Positions 17,811 through 28,810 of a stretch of DNA of 47,161 nt are shown piece by piece. The position numbers were made by a program, and so were the translations under genes. Within the stretch, counting starts at the first letter, position 1; every line of letters starts with the position of its first letter. The DNA lies in the sequence record SRR22947727_961; one strand, given 5' to 3'. The notes beneath the pieces are model-generated. The model saw only the letters and a program-made list of their open reading frames with translations, had not been told where the DNA came from and ran no database searches.

Positions 17811-17910
17811 CAGAATGATCCCGCCGCCTCCCCCGGCGGCGATCGGTATGCACGGCATACCCCAGGAACCCGCGCGTCAACCCCCCCAGCCGCGCGGGTT
17901 CCGTCTGTTG
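17811..17910 (+). ncRNA. Probable 6C RNA
   Basis: Intergenic; two GC-rich hairpins with C-run loops (CCGCCG-CCTCCCC-CGGCGG at 17821-17839; GGAACCCGCGCG-..CCCCCCC..-CGCGCGGGTTCC at 17865-17902), the defining architecture of the actinobacterial 6C motif. Confidence 0.7.
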
Positions 17911-17916
17911 TGTGGG

Positions 17917-19464
17917 TCAGGCGCGGGACTCGAACATTCCCAGCAGAGCGGCGACGCCCAGCACCGATCGAGGTGCGTAGGCGGCCCGCCACAGTCCGCC
18001 GTGGTTCGCTCCCTCGGTGAAGAGATTCATCGGGTTGGACAACGGGGTTGCGGGATGGGCGCTCGACGTCGGGTTGCGAAGGTCATGCACCAACATTGCG
18101 GCCATCAGCGTCGTCGACGTGGACGGATCGAATACCTCGACCCCGAAGCGATCGGCCCCGGCGTACGCCGCCGCGAGCGCTCGGTTGCGAACAACGGAGC
18201 GGGTTCGGGTCGCGGGCGCGAGATTCAAGGAGACAGGGACGCCGTCGGCGCGAGCGGCGAGAGCTCGCCACCGTTGAATCCGCTTCGCGAGTATGTAGTT
18301 AGGGCCTTGCTGGGGGATGATCGAATCGTTCAGGCCGACCTGTTCACCGCTCGGTGTCGAATAGATCTTCGGGTAGTTCGGCTCGAACTGCCTCGCAATG
18401 CGAAGAGGCGCCTGGAGGAGACCGCCGAGCCCGCGGCCTTGCCAGCGTCGACGGCTCTCTTCAACGCACTCGGCAGGAACGACGAACACATCAGTGGGGG
18501 TCGCCAAATAGGCCAGCGTGATGTCGTCTCGGTGTTGCAGCAGGGTGGTGACGATCGCATCGCTCGCCCCGGAGATCTGTACGTGTTGGGCGCCGTCCGC
18601 GTAGGCGTAGGTGCCAAGCACGAACGGCTGATTAATCTCTGCCAGCCATGTCCGCACCTCTGGCACAGCGGTGACGAGATCGACGCCTGCTGCGCTGCAG
18701 ATCGTCGCATCGTCGTCTGGGTGCACGTCACCCTCGACGACGAAAGGTGGCTGGCCCTGGGCGTCGAGCGGGATGGGTACGCGGAGGCTGCCGGCTGTGC
18801 TCCGTGTAATGGCTGTCAGTCGTTCCCAGATCCCAGGGCGGGGAAGATCGATGGCGTGAACCCGGGCGCCCCAGCGCAACAAGGAGCGAGTCGGTGCCAT
18901 TTCTGCACCGGCGCCGAGCAGGGCGATGTCGACGTCTCGTAAGTCCATCCAGTCTGGGTTGTCCAGAACGAGGTGTATCGCATCGGCAAACGATGGTTCG
19001 GCTATTCCGTTGGCGACCCATGAGTCGACCTGTCGGCGGAGTTCACTTCCGAAAAGCCGGCCGCCCTTGTAGGGGACAGAAATCTCTTCCTCGGGGGTTG
19101 CTCGCCCGCGCACCGTGACCGAAGCCAAGCCTCGTTCGCTGAATCTCTCCATTGCCTCGGGTAGGGACATTTCTTCCTTGTCGCGCCGAAAGGTGAAGCG
19201 CTGCTGTGCCGATTCGAGGCCATGCCGGGAAATGGAGACCGCGTTATCCGGCGACTGCGCAGCGGCGAGAACTATGTCTCGCAAGGGAGCGATGTACCCC
19301 TTGCGCCAGTCGCGGGTGTGTTCGATGCGAGCCGCGATTGCCGGATCGACGGCGCGGATGGAGTCGGCGAAAACCGCTCGACCGGTGGCGGATGTGCTGC
19401 GTCGGCCGTCCCCCCCGAGGGGAAAACACACTCCCTCTGCATCAGGGGAACGTGGATTCGGCAC
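17917..19464 (-). CDS. Hypothetical protein with Rossmann-like motif
   Basis: 515-aa ORF with GC-rich third positions; LLGAGAEMAP, QGPNYILAKR, NHGGLWR; TATTCT-N6-GTG start. Confidence 0.75.
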   Translation of the reverse strand: MPNPRSPDAEGVCFPLGGDGRRSTSATGRAVFADSIRAVDPAIAARIEHTRDWRKGYIAPLRDIVLAAAQSPDNAVSISRHGLESAQQRFTFRRDKEEMSLPEAMERFSERGLASVTVRGRATPEEEISVPYKGGRLFGSELRRQVDSWVANGIAEPSFADAIHLVLDNPDWMDLRDVDIALLGAGAEMAPTRSLLRWGARVHAIDLPRPGIWERLTAITRSTAGSLRVPIPLDAQGQPPFVVEGDVHPDDDATICSAAGVDLVTAVPEVRTWLAEINQPFVLGTYAYADGAQHVQISGASDAIVTTLLQHRDDITLAYLATPTDVFVVPAECVEESRRRWQGRGLGGLLQAPLRIARQFEPNYPKIYSTPSGEQVGLNDSIIPQQGPNYILAKRIQRWRALAARADGVPVSLNLAPATRTRSVVRNRALAAAYAGADRFGVEVFDPSTSTTLMAAMLVHDLRNPTSSAHPATPLSNPMNLFTEGANHGGLWRAAYAPRSVLGVAALLGMFESRA

Positions 19465-19477
19465 GAGGTCAGAATAC

Positions 19478-20449
19478 TCAGCGCTGCTGCCGAGAACGTT
19501 CCGCTAAGACCACCCCGGTCAGGATGAGTGCACCACCGATGAGTTGAACGATGCCCAAGGACTCCGAGAGAACGAGCCACGCGATAAGAATCGCTAGCAG
19601 CGGTTCGGTCAATCCGATGACGGACGCTTGGGAAGCGCGGAGATGGCGCATCGATGCCACGACCAGCCAGAACGGAACCACCGTTCCCATCACGATCATC
19701 CATAAGGACAGGCCCCACAGCGGCTGATCGCCGAGAGGTGCTCCGAGATCTTCCAAACTGGTACCGGACAAGTCGGACCAGGGAAAGTTCCACCACGGTT
19801 GAACGACGACCCAGAACAACGATGCGAAGCCGAAACCCCACATGGTCAATGACACGGGGTCGCGCGGTTCCGGTAGTCGCATCTGTCGATCGGTAATCAA
19901 GTAGTGGGCGCTGAGCGCGAGTGCCGCTCCGAGAGCGGCCAACAGGCCGATCACCTCGAAAGAGAAGCCGCGCCACACCTCCGCCACGAGTGCGAGTCCT
20001 ACAAGCGCGACGGTCAAAGCCAGCCACACGGTCCGTCGCGTTGGCTCTCGAAGAGCGAAGCGGAACCACAGCGCCACGAAGACAGGTGCAGTGAATTCGA
20101 TCAACAGCGCGACGCCGACGGGCAAGTAACGCAGTGCAACGAAGAACAGGTACTGCGTCATTGCGACGCCGAGAATTCCGTAGGCGATCAGGAACGGCCA
20201 CTCTGAGCGATGGATCACCAGGCGCCGTGGGCGAGAGATGACGATGAAGGCGAGAAGAATCACGAAAGCCCCGGTCACGCGCAGTTGGGAAAGGCGAGCA
20301 GCGTCGATGCCGCTGAGTAGGATGGCTTTCGATACGGAGCCGTTGATGGCGAATGTCAACGCTCCGAGAAGGTAGAGGGTGTAGCCCACCCACAAAGAAC
20401 GGCGAGCTGCCAATGGAACTCCGGGGAGTGGCTCGACGAGATCGCTCAT
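19478..20449 (-). CDS. EamA/DMT family transporter
   Basis: About ten hydrophobic helices; LPVGVALLIEFTAPV, LTEPLLA, IGGALILTGV; start uncertain (ATG of MSDLVEP chosen). Confidence 0.88.
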   Translation of the reverse strand: MSDLVEPLPGVPLAARRSLWVGYTLYLLGALTFAINGSVSKAILLSGIDAARLSQLRVTGAFVILLAFIVISRPRRLVIHRSEWPFLIAYGILGVAMTQYLFFVALRYLPVGVALLIEFTAPVFVALWFRFALREPTRRTVWLALTVALVGLALVAEVWRGFSFEVIGLLAALGAALALSAHYLITDRQMRLPEPRDPVSLTMWGFGFASLFWVVVQPWWNFPWSDLSGTSLEDLGAPLGDQPLWGLSLWMIVMGTVVPFWLVVASMRHLRASQASVIGLTEPLLAILIAWLVLSESLGIVQLIGGALILTGVVLAERSRQQR

Positions 20450-20584
20450 GCTAGGCGGCAACCGCACGAGATGGCGGCGTCGACGCAGGTCGGATGGGCC
20501 CTTTGCATGGCACCGAAGCCTAGGGATCGGTCATCGACTGACACGACGGCCGTCACGTATGACGGGCTGCCTTAAAGCGTCGAA

Positions 20585-20764
20585 CTACTCGCCACCCTCG
20601 GGGGGAATACCTGTGAATGCCCCGTCGAAGAGGATTGCGTGATCTTGACCTTCTCCTGCTGCCAGGGAGGGGGATCGACGGGCGGCGCCGAGCCAGCCGC
20701 ACGAGCAGACGGATTGGAGGAAGTGTCTCTGCACGCGTTGCACCTGAACCTCATGATGCATCAT
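20585..20764 (-). CDS. Small hypothetical protein with CSCGW motif
   Basis: 59-aa ORF containing H..CSCGW..H in an otherwise empty gap. Confidence 0.5.
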   Translation of the reverse strand: MMHHEVQVQRVQRHFLQSVCSCGWLGAARRSPSLAAGEGQDHAILFDGAFTGIPPEGGE

Positions 20765-20892
20765 TGTGTCGCGAGGTAACGGTTGCTGCTGATCTTGGCG
20801 CACAGGCTTTCTGGTCCCTTCGTAGGTGTTGTGCGGGTGTGTGGCGACAACCATTTCCATGTTAGAACGAGTGTGGAACCGGAGAGCGAAAG

Positions 20893-22254
20893 GTGAGTGA
20901 ACGCCACATGAACGGCTTGCGGAAATGTGGACGCGCGGCTCACGTCTTCGCGCTGCTCGTTATCGTCTTCCTCGCATCGATCGTCAGTCCTGCACGAGAT
21001 GCCTCGGCCGTCGTGGGCGGATCCCCGACGACGATCGAGGCGCACCCGTGGCAGGCACTCGTCATTGTTGCGCCCGATAGCCGGTTGTGCGGTGGATCGA
21101 TTATTGACAGTCAGTGGATCGTGACGGCTGCTCATTGTGTTGTGGGGGCGAGTCCCAACGGTGTGGATGTGCACGTCGGAACCAGCACGTTGCGCGATCG
21201 ATCTGCGGGAAACCGAGCGATGGTGGTGGAGGTTGTCGTCCATCCGGATTGGGACGCATCTGCCTACCGCAACGACGTAGCACTCCTGCGCCTCGCCGAG
21301 CCTTTGGTGTTCGGTTCGAGTGTTGCGCCGATTCGAGTCCCGGTGAGTCAGGACCCGAACGCGTGGCCGCCGGTGGGAACGGCGGCGACAATCTCTGGCT
21401 GGGGCTCGACCGAGTTCGAAGGCGACCCTTCTAATCAATTGCGTGCAGCCCAGATTCAGATTCTCGGGAGCCCGGATCGGGGTGACTGCGGCAGTTACGG
21501 ATCGAGCTTCGACGGAGTTGTGGAGATCTGCGCAGGGGTACCGACCGGGGGAATCGACGCGTGCCAGGGGGATAGCGGAAGCCCACTCGTCGTCGACGTG
21601 GAGGGAACGCCTGTGCTCGCGGGTGTCACGAGCGTTGGATTCGAATGCGGTCGGGTGGACTACCCGGGGATATTCACCCGATTGACGACGTTCGTCTCGT
21701 GGATGGGCGGTTACGTTTCTTCGCTCAGTGGGCCCGTCGACGCCCCGCAGCAGGTTCAGGTCGCGGCGATCGCGGGCGAACGTCTTCGCGTTGACTGGAA
21801 AGCCCCGGTGGCGGCACCGCTGCCGGTGGGTTATCGCGTGGTGACGACTCCGGGAAGTCGTTCGTGTGTTGTCGATGGGTCCGCGCGCGCGTGTGTCATC
21901 GAGGATGTCGATGCAGGCCGCTTGTATGAGGTTGTCGTAACAGCGATCTACTCATCGGGTAGCGAAGCCTCCGCCAACCCTCTCGCCGTGGTCAGCGTCG
22001 ATGGAGTGACGTCGGTCGGCACGCGACTCAGGCCCAAACGTCTAGCGCGGTGGGCTGGCCTGAAGGTGACCGCGAAGGACGATGTGTGGCTGGAGGTGCG
22101 CCCTGCGTCGACGGAGGTGTGCTTGCGGAGGGGATCGAAGATGGAGCCACGATTTGTTCGGGGTCGCACATCCGGCCTCTGTGCTGTCCGGGTGACCGTT
22201 GTCCGACCTTCGGGTTCGAAGAGGAAGTCGGTTGCTTACGTAGCGGTGGGCTGA
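20893..22254 (+). CDS. Secreted trypsin-like (S1) serine protease with fibronectin type III domain
   Basis: Signal peptide, mature VVGG, CGGS, TAAHC, NDVALL, DACQGDSGSP; FN3-like W..P...YRV...YEVVV. Confidence 0.92.
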   Translation: MSERHMNGLRKCGRAAHVFALLVIVFLASIVSPARDASAVVGGSPTTIEAHPWQALVIVAPDSRLCGGSIIDSQWIVTAAHCVVGASPNGVDVHVGTSTLRDRSAGNRAMVVEVVVHPDWDASAYRNDVALLRLAEPLVFGSSVAPIRVPVSQDPNAWPPVGTAATISGWGSTEFEGDPSNQLRAAQIQILGSPDRGDCGSYGSSFDGVVEICAGVPTGGIDACQGDSGSPLVVDVEGTPVLAGVTSVGFECGRVDYPGIFTRLTTFVSWMGGYVSSLSGPVDAPQQVQVAAIAGERLRVDWKAPVAAPLPVGYRVVTTPGSRSCVVDGSARACVIEDVDAGRLYEVVVTAIYSSGSEASANPLAVVSVDGVTSVGTRLRPKRLARWAGLKVTAKDDVWLEVRPASTEVCLRRGSKMEPRFVRGRTSGLCAVRVTVVRPSGSKRKSVAYVAVG

Positions 22255-23193
22255 TTACCGGGCTAGTTGATGCTGCTCCACCGCGAGCGCCCGGGGGCCT
22301 GCGTCCGTCCGCTCTCGATGGACAACGATCATGGCGCCGGGCGTGAGCCGGGAGTCCCAGCTCGGATCATCGTGAATCGCGGTTTCCGTGAGTCCGAGAG
22401 AACGTGCCAGGGAAGCAATCACGGTGGGTAGCACGGGTCGGTGCGTGCAGAGCACGGTGGGCGCCGGGGAATCAAGCAGTTCACGCACGCGCGCCGCCGT
22501 CGCCTCGGGATCGGACTCATGACCGGATTCACTGAGCGCGGATTCGAGGTGAATTTTCGTATCGAGCGTCTTCGCGAATCGTGAAACAGTCGAGATGCAC
22601 CGCTTGAACGGCGACGAATGAACGCGCTCGATTCCATAAGCATCCAGAATGTCCACGAGCGTCTTCGCTTCTCCCCGACCACGACCGGACAGCGGACGAT
22701 CCGCGTCGTCGCCCCCGTCGAAATCGCCGCGTTTTATGGCTTTTGCGTGACGCAGGATGATGAGGGGAGTGGTGGAGGGCGTTCCAGCGGCGAGGCGCAC
22801 GATTGCCGCATCGCCGGAGTAGGTCAAGAACGCCGATGCTTCAGAAACGGGCACCCAACGGATTTCGTCGACCTCTTCGTTCGGGGCAAACCCTTCGTCT
22901 GCTCGAACGTGGCCGACCCAGTAGTCCACGGACTTGTGTGCATCGCCGGAGACGTAGTGCGTGGAGGGAAGACGGGCACCGAGAGCGACGCGATACCCCG
23001 TTTCCTCGTCGCACTCTCGAACGGCGGTGCACGGGGTTGTTTCCCTTGGATCAACCTTGCCCTTCGGAAGTGACCAGTCGTGACGGTGCGGTCGATGGAC
23101 AGCGAGGAAGCGACGCTCCGTCGCCTCCGCCGGAGAATCGAAGACCACAACCCCGGCGGCGCGGATGGAGGCTTCCTGCCCGGTTCCGGTCAT
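22255..23193 (-). CDS. mutT1: NUDIX hydrolase + histidine phosphatase (MutT1)
   Basis: DWSLPKGK, AVRECDEETG Nudix box, ILRHAKA, RPLSGRG; ATGA overlap with the CHAD gene. Confidence 0.88.
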   Translation of the reverse strand: MTGTGQEASIRAAGVVVFDSPAEATERRFLAVHRPHRHDWSLPKGKVDPRETTPCTAVRECDEETGYRVALGARLPSTHYVSGDAHKSVDYWVGHVRADEGFAPNEEVDEIRWVPVSEASAFLTYSGDAAIVRLAAGTPSTTPLIILRHAKAIKRGDFDGGDDADRPLSGRGRGEAKTLVDILDAYGIERVHSSPFKRCISTVSRFAKTLDTKIHLESALSESGHESDPEATAARVRELLDSPAPTVLCTHRPVLPTVIASLARSLGLTETAIHDDPSWDSRLTPGAMIVVHRERTDAGPRALAVEQHQLAR

Positions 23194-24719
23194 CGCCGCA
23201 CCAGTTTCAGCGAGCGAGCATGACGATCCATAGACGGCCATTCCTCGGTGAAGGCACTCCGGGGTGCCGCATCACCCCGAGAGATCTCCGATGCCAGCGC
23301 ACCCAGGCAGAACCCGATAGCGCCCGGCGCGGATGCCGACATGTCGCGCAGCCATTCCACCGAGATCGCTGAATCCTGCTCGTCACGTAATGAATCGGAC
23401 GCCGCGCGAAGGCTGGCTGCCAGCTCGGAGTACTCGGGACCGAGAATCGGGGCCACCGAGTCCATGGCGAAGGCAGTCCGCTCGGCTCGCCGTTGAATCT
23501 TGTGCCACAGGGCATCATCGCCACGTGCGTGTGCGGCGCCGACGGCGGACGACAACTTTCGCCAAGAGCGTTCAAAACAGTGTCGAAGGATCTTCTTCGC
23601 GGGCGCGAATCCGTCGGCGGTCACCGGCGGTTCGGCGACCATGATGATCAAATCCTCCAGAAGAAATGCGTGCCGATCGCTACGCAGGGCGGCCAGCGCC
23701 CCGGATCTCGTCGCCTTCGCGCGAGCGTCCAGAGACTGTGCAATGAAATCCCTCGCAGCGGAATCTTCCGTCATTGCCGGTAATCGGGTCGACTGAAACT
23801 CGGCGTTGCGAACTTCACCGAGTTCTGCCGACACCCAGGAAAGTTCTTCGCGCAGAAAAGCCACGGTGTCTGGATCGAGGATCGGCGCGAAAGTCTGGAG
23901 AATGCTGAACAGTCGTCGACATTCGACGTGCAATCGGTGTGCTGAGTCGGGGAGTTCTCGCCGAACAGCAACGTCTGCTTCGAGCAGGCTGTTGACGTGC
24001 CGAGCAAAGATGTATTGAAGGGCATCGACCGCCGGCCTGTCGGTCGCAGGAGGCGAGATGATCGGTACGTCTGGTGGGTCTCCGGCCCGTCTCCCCAGGG
24101 CGGACGCGGCTTTGCTCACCGTGGTCGGTTGTGCACCCGCATCACGAAGGGCTGCCGCGATACTTCGCGCTACCTGCTGGGCCTGTTTCGAGTCCGCGAG
24201 CAACTCCACTTCGATTTCGTGAAAGCGGGTCGCCTGCGGTCTGTCGACGTCCAAGCCCTCCAGGGCTACCCAATCGTCGACCACCTCGACCAGGATCTCG
24301 CCCTGATCATCACGGACGAGGTAGGGAGATCGTTCGGTCACCACGCGGGCTACCGGCACCAGTTCCTGGCGTCGAATCAGGGGCGAAGCGATAGACACGA
24401 GTGGGGACGGGATCAACGAGGCGGTGCCGTCGACGTGGATCTCGTCCATTCCGCGTGCAGGTGCGCCCGCATCGGAATAACGAAGCGGCAATTTCATGTG
24501 CCAGCCGTCGTCCCCTCCGCCCGAGCGGCGACGAAGGGTCACCCCCCATCGAATAAGCGAAAGCGATGCGGTGTCGTAATAGGTCGCGTCCATCGACCGG
24601 TGGTCCAGCGGCTCACCAGTGTGATGAGTCGACGCCAAAATGCCGTCGATGTCGATGATCAGATCTGCAGGGATCCGGAACTTGAACTCGATCTCTCGGT
24701 GTTCGGTGGCGCCTCTCAC
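23190..24719 (-). CDS. CYTH + CHAD domain polyphosphate-associated protein
   Basis: [47 protein letters not shown] overlap with ppk1. Confidence 0.85.
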   Translation of the reverse strand: MRGATEHREIEFKFRIPADLIIDIDGILASTHHTGEPLDHRSMDATYYDTASLSLIRWGVTLRRRSGGGDDGWHMKLPLRYSDAGAPARGMDEIHVDGTASLIPSPLVSIASPLIRRQELVPVARVVTERSPYLVRDDQGEILVEVVDDWVALEGLDVDRPQATRFHEIEVELLADSKQAQQVARSIAAALRDAGAQPTTVSKAASALGRRAGDPPDVPIISPPATDRPAVDALQYIFARHVNSLLEADVAVRRELPDSAHRLHVECRRLFSILQTFAPILDPDTVAFLREELSWVSAELGEVRNAEFQSTRLPAMTEDSAARDFIAQSLDARAKATRSGALAALRSDRHAFLLEDLIIMVAEPPVTADGFAPAKKILRHCFERSWRKLSSAVGAAHARGDDALWHKIQRRAERTAFAMDSVAPILGPEYSELAASLRAASDSLRDEQDSAISVEWLRDMSASAPGAIGFCLGALASEISRGDAAPRSAFTEEWPSMDRHARSLKLVRR

Positions 24720-26869
24720 GCGCTCCCCAGGGCGGTGGTGCGCTTGGTCTTCTCGCGAATGAGGTACTCCTGGAGGTCCTGGAGCGCAGACCCTGACTCG
24801 TCGGTGAGTCGGCGATTCCATAAACCGTGAACATCGAGATCCCATGCGGCGGCCGTGGGAGAGAAGGCGAGGTCGAAGAGGTTGTAGACCTCCGCGACGT
24901 GCTCGGGGTCTGCGAGGCTCACGAGTGCTTCGACCCGTCGATCCAAGTTTCGATGCATCAGATCTGCCGACCCGATCCACACCGAGTGGTTGCCACCGTT
25001 CGTGAAGCAGTAGGCCCGCGAATGCTCGAGGAAACGTCCGACGATGCTGCGCACGCGGATGGTCTCACTCACACCGGGCATCCCGGGGCGAAGAGCGCAC
25101 GTCCCCCGCACCCAAATGTCGATCGGCACCCCGACTGCCGACGCTCGGTACAGCGCATCGATGGTTTCCTCGTCTACCACTGCGTTGCACTTGATGCGGA
25201 TGCCGGACGGCCGCCCTGCCATGTGGTGGTCGATTTCCCAATTGATGCGCTCGATAAGCCCAGACCGCACGGAATGTGGGGCGATGATCAATCGTTGGTA
25301 CTCGGTATTGCGGGAATATCCGGAGAGAACGTTGAACAGGTTCGAGATGTCTTCGCCGATGTCTGGCTTGGATGTCAGCAAGCCGAAGTCTTCGTACAAG
25401 CGAGCCGTCTTGGGGTGGTAGTTTCCGGTGCCAATGTGACAGTAGCGACGGAGCTGACCACCCTCGTCACGAACGACCATCGACAATTTGCTGTGGGTCT
25501 TCAACCCAACGAGGCCGTACACGACGTGCACGCCAGCTTGCTCGAGCTTTCGTGCCCACTCGATGTTGTTCTGCTCGTCGAAGCGGGCTTTGATCTCAAC
25601 GATCGCCAGGACCTGCTTGCCCTCTTCGGCGGCACGGATCAGGGCATCCACGATGGGTGAATCGCCGGACGTGCGGTAAAGAGTCTGCTTGATCGCCAGA
25701 ACGTGTGGATCTATCGCCGCTTGCTCGAGAAAGAGTTGAACGCTTGTGGAGAACGAGTCGTACGGGTGATGTAGAAGCACATCTCTTTCGCGAACAACGG
25801 AGAGCACATCGGGGGCTTTAGCGCTCTCTACCTCGCTTAGTTGACGCGATGTTTTCGGGACGAACTTCCGCTGTTTGAGATCGTCGCGGTCGAGGCTGAC
25901 GATCGTCCAGAGTCCCGTCATATCGAGAGGGCCGGGAAGACGGAAGACCTCCGCCTCGCTGATGTCCAGTTCGCTCACCAGCAAATCCAGGACGTGCGCA
26001 TCGATTGTTTCTTCGACTTCGAGACGAACAGGCGGCCCGAAGCGGCGGCGTACCAATTCGCGCTCGAGGGCCTTCAGAAGATTCTCGGCGTCATCTTCTT
26101 CGACTTCGAAGTCCTCATTACGGGTGACGCGGAACGCGTGATGTTGGCAGATCTCCATTCCAGGGAAGAGCTCGTCGAGGTGAGCGGCGATGATGTCTTC
26201 CAGAGGAACGTAGCGTTGATCGCCGACTTTGACGAAGCGCGGAAGAAGCGGTGGAACTTTGACTCGCGCGAAGAGTTCGGTGCCCGTCGCGGGATTCCGC
26301 ACCACGACGGCGAGATTCAGCGACAAACCACTGATGTAGGGGAAAGGGTGTGACGGATCGACAGCGAGGGGAGTCAAGATGGGGAAAACCTTGTTGTCGA
26401 AGAACCGATCCATCTCCGTCTTCTCGGCTGGCGTGAGTTCCTCCCAGCGCAAGATATTGATTCCCGCTGCCTCCAGGTCGGGTCGAACGTCGACCCGAAA
26501 GATGTCCGCCTGGCGGAGCTGAAGCTCGTACGCGCGAGCCCAGATAGATTCCAGGACTTCTCGCGGCGTGAAACCACTGGCGGCTCGTACGGCGATGCCG
26601 GTGGCGATCCGCCGTTTGAGTCCGGCCACCCGAACCATGAAGAACTCGTCTAGGTTGCTTGCGAAGATCGCCAGGAATTTGGTCCGTTCCAGCAAAGGGA
26701 GTTCTGGGTCTTGGCTGAGTTCGAGAACCCGTTGGTTGAAGGCGAGCCAGGACAGTTCTCGATCGAGGAAGCGGTCATCGGGAAGATCAGACTCGGGGCT
26801 TTGAGGCAAGGGTCGATCCTCAGATATCGGCGCGAGCGCGCTGGTATCGGAGAAATCGTGGGTGGTCAC
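24716..26869 (-). CDS. ppk1: Polyphosphate kinase 1
   Basis: [59 protein letters not shown]. Confidence 0.97.
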   Translation of the reverse strand: MTTHDFSDTSALAPISEDRPLPQSPESDLPDDRFLDRELSWLAFNQRVLELSQDPELPLLERTKFLAIFASNLDEFFMVRVAGLKRRIATGIAVRAASGFTPREVLESIWARAYELQLRQADIFRVDVRPDLEAAGINILRWEELTPAEKTEMDRFFDNKVFPILTPLAVDPSHPFPYISGLSLNLAVVVRNPATGTELFARVKVPPLLPRFVKVGDQRYVPLEDIIAAHLDELFPGMEICQHHAFRVTRNEDFEVEEDDAENLLKALERELVRRRFGPPVRLEVEETIDAHVLDLLVSELDISEAEVFRLPGPLDMTGLWTIVSLDRDDLKQRKFVPKTSRQLSEVESAKAPDVLSVVRERDVLLHHPYDSFSTSVQLFLEQAAIDPHVLAIKQTLYRTSGDSPIVDALIRAAEEGKQVLAIVEIKARFDEQNNIEWARKLEQAGVHVVYGLVGLKTHSKLSMVVRDEGGQLRRYCHIGTGNYHPKTARLYEDFGLLTSKPDIGEDISNLFNVLSGYSRNTEYQRLIIAPHSVRSGLIERINWEIDHHMAGRPSGIRIKCNAVVDEETIDALYRASAVGVPIDIWVRGTCALRPGMPGVSETIRVRSIVGRFLEHSRAYCFTNGGNHSVWIGSADLMHRNLDRRVEALVSLADPEHVAEVYNLFDLAFSPTAAAWDLDVHGLWNRRLTDESGSALQDLQEYLIREKTKRTTALGSA

Positions 26870-26916
26870 GCTCCGATGGTGCCATAGGCAGGTAAACGAC
26901 CGATGACTACTTGAGG

Positions 26917-27933
26917 TCAGCTGTGAGGCGTTCGGTACATCGTGTCGGTGTCCCATCGAGCGAATCCCAACCCTTCATACAGGCGAATAGCCGGAAGGTT
27001 GGAAGCATCCACATACAACATGACCTGGTCGAGCCCCCGTCGCCGAAGGTGGTGAAGACCGGCGAGCGTGAGTGCTCGACCCAGACCGGATCCGCGCCAC
27101 GGGGGAGCCACAGCCAAGACGTAGACCTCTCCGATCGCGCGGTGCCCATGCTGGCCGGAGTCAGGGCGACGCGCAGTCGACCGGGCGTCGTCAACTGAAT
27201 CATGGAGACCGGTAGATCCGTGAACCTTCGTCCAGTGGAATCCGGCGAGCTTCCGCGCACCGTTCGAGGGACGGGATGGCTCGTCGAGCCACGCCATCAG
27301 GAGGCCACTGGGATCGAACCAGTTTTCGCCTTGTCGTCGCTGGAGATCGTCCATCGTCCATGTCCCTTGATCGGGAAGATTAGTGAAGGAACGCGAGTTG
27401 ACGTCGAGCATGGCCTGCTCGTCGTGACCGACGGCGAAGGACTCCAGTCGTATCCCGTCCGGAAAGACAGGGCCGGGAATGGATGAATAGAGCGAGCGAC
27501 GCATCTGCCAGAGCACACGGTGGCGCTGCAGTCCCATCGACTGTGCAAGTCCGTTAGCCGCGGAGTTCTCGCCGTGCGCCCATAGTCGAAGGGTGCTGTG
27601 GGAGACCTTCACAAGTTCTCGGACAACTGCATGACCGATGCCCTGTTGGCGAAACTCAGGATGCACAACGATTTCGGCACTCGGTCCATCGACCATGTCC
27701 GTTCTATCGAGGTGTGCGTAGCCGATGATTGATTGATCGCCGTTGCGGACCAGAAGGTGCTCGGCGTGATCGTCCCCGCCGCGCATGAGGTGCAGCCAGA
27801 CGTGTTCGCTCAACGGTCGAACACCATCGTTGTCCGTGGCGGCTGCGAGCAGGCTCTGAAGTTCAGAAACTTCCTGCTGCGAAAGATCGTTCGTGTGGTC
27901 CAGGCTGAACGCACCGAGCGAAGAGTCGCTCAT
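26917..27933 (-). CDS. mshD: Mycothiol synthase
   Basis: Tandem [39 protein letters not shown]. Confidence 0.93.
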   Translation of the reverse strand: MSDSSLGAFSLDHTNDLSQQEVSELQSLLAAATDNDGVRPLSEHVWLHLMRGGDDHAEHLLVRNGDQSIIGYAHLDRTDMVDGPSAEIVVHPEFRQQGIGHAVVRELVKVSHSTLRLWAHGENSAANGLAQSMGLQRHRVLWQMRRSLYSSIPGPVFPDGIRLESFAVGHDEQAMLDVNSRSFTNLPDQGTWTMDDLQRRQGENWFDPSGLLMAWLDEPSRPSNGARKLAGFHWTKVHGSTGLHDSVDDARSTARRPDSGQHGHRAIGEVYVLAVAPPWRGSGLGRALTLAGLHHLRRRGLDQVMLYVDASNLPAIRLYEGLGFARWDTDTMYRTPHS

Positions 27934-27937
27934 CTCG

Positions 27938-28690
27938 TTAGGAGCGATCGTCGATGGGGGTGCGTATCTCGTCGACGGGAATCTCGTCTAGCGTGGCCAT
28001 CGTCTGTGGGTCAGCACGCTCGGGAACGAAGCGGTAGCCCACATTTCGGACCGTGCCGATCAGAGCCTCGTATTCCGGCCCCAACTTCGCCCGCAGTCGT
28101 CGAACATGCACATCGACCGTCCGGGTTCCACCGAAGTAGTCGTACCCCCAGACCTCTTGCAGGAGAACAGCCCGCGTGAAGACGCGTCCTGGATGTTGGG
28201 CGAGAAATTTCAAGAGCTCGAATTCCTTGAACGTTAGGTCCAGGGTGCGCCCGCGCAACTTCGCCGCGTAACTGGCCTCATCGATGTGGAGGTCCCCTGC
28301 GTGGATCTCTTCTGGGTCGCTGGCCGGACCGGCAGCTTCTGGCGCGGCGCGCGAGACGGCCAAGCGCAGGCGAGCCTCGACCTCTGCGGGCGAGGTGGTG
28401 TCGACGAGAATCTCGTCCATGCCCCAGTCCCATTGGATCGCCGGTAGGCCGCCTTCGGTCGTCACCAGCACAATCGGTATGTCCACACCGGTCTGCCGCA
28501 TCAGGCGGGTCAGGCCGCGCACAGCGGGAAGGTCGCGGCGGCCGTCAATGAGGAGAGCGTCGGCATCCGGGGCGGAGAGCAGAGCGGTTGGCTCGGCGGA
28601 GAGCACCCGTACGTGATGGCCGAGCAGACCCAACGAGGGGAGCACCTCCGCGGATGACTCCATGGCGCGGGTCAGGAGGATCAGGCGCAT
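27938..28690 (-). CDS. glnR: Nitrogen regulator GlnR (orphan OmpR-type)
   Basis: [57 protein letters not shown]; adjacent to mshD; SD AAGGAGG. Confidence 0.9.
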   Translation of the reverse strand: MRLILLTRAMESSAEVLPSLGLLGHHVRVLSAEPTALLSAPDADALLIDGRRDLPAVRGLTRLMRQTGVDIPIVLVTTEGGLPAIQWDWGMDEILVDTTSPAEVEARLRLAVSRAAPEAAGPASDPEEIHAGDLHIDEASYAAKLRGRTLDLTFKEFELLKFLAQHPGRVFTRAVLLQEVWGYDYFGGTRTVDVHVRRLRAKLGPEYEALIGTVRNVGYRFVPERADPQTMATLDEIPVDEIRTPIDDRS

Positions 28691-28810
28691 AGATTCCCGC
28701 CTCCTTGTGCTCGGGGCGTTGCGGGAAGAGGCTATGGGCCTTCCGGGTGCCGCCCGTTGATGTGATGGGGAGTAAGGATACGCAGTCCGGCCATGGCGCA
28801 GAATGGGCGC

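Noticed and set aside
17815-18942. 375-aa plus-strand ORF and other long antisense/alternate-frame ORFs (e.g. 5457-6566, 19272-20393, 39168-40175)
   Set aside because: Shadow ORFs typical of high-GC DNA; Arg/Pro/Ser-rich, no motifs, overlapping better-supported genes.
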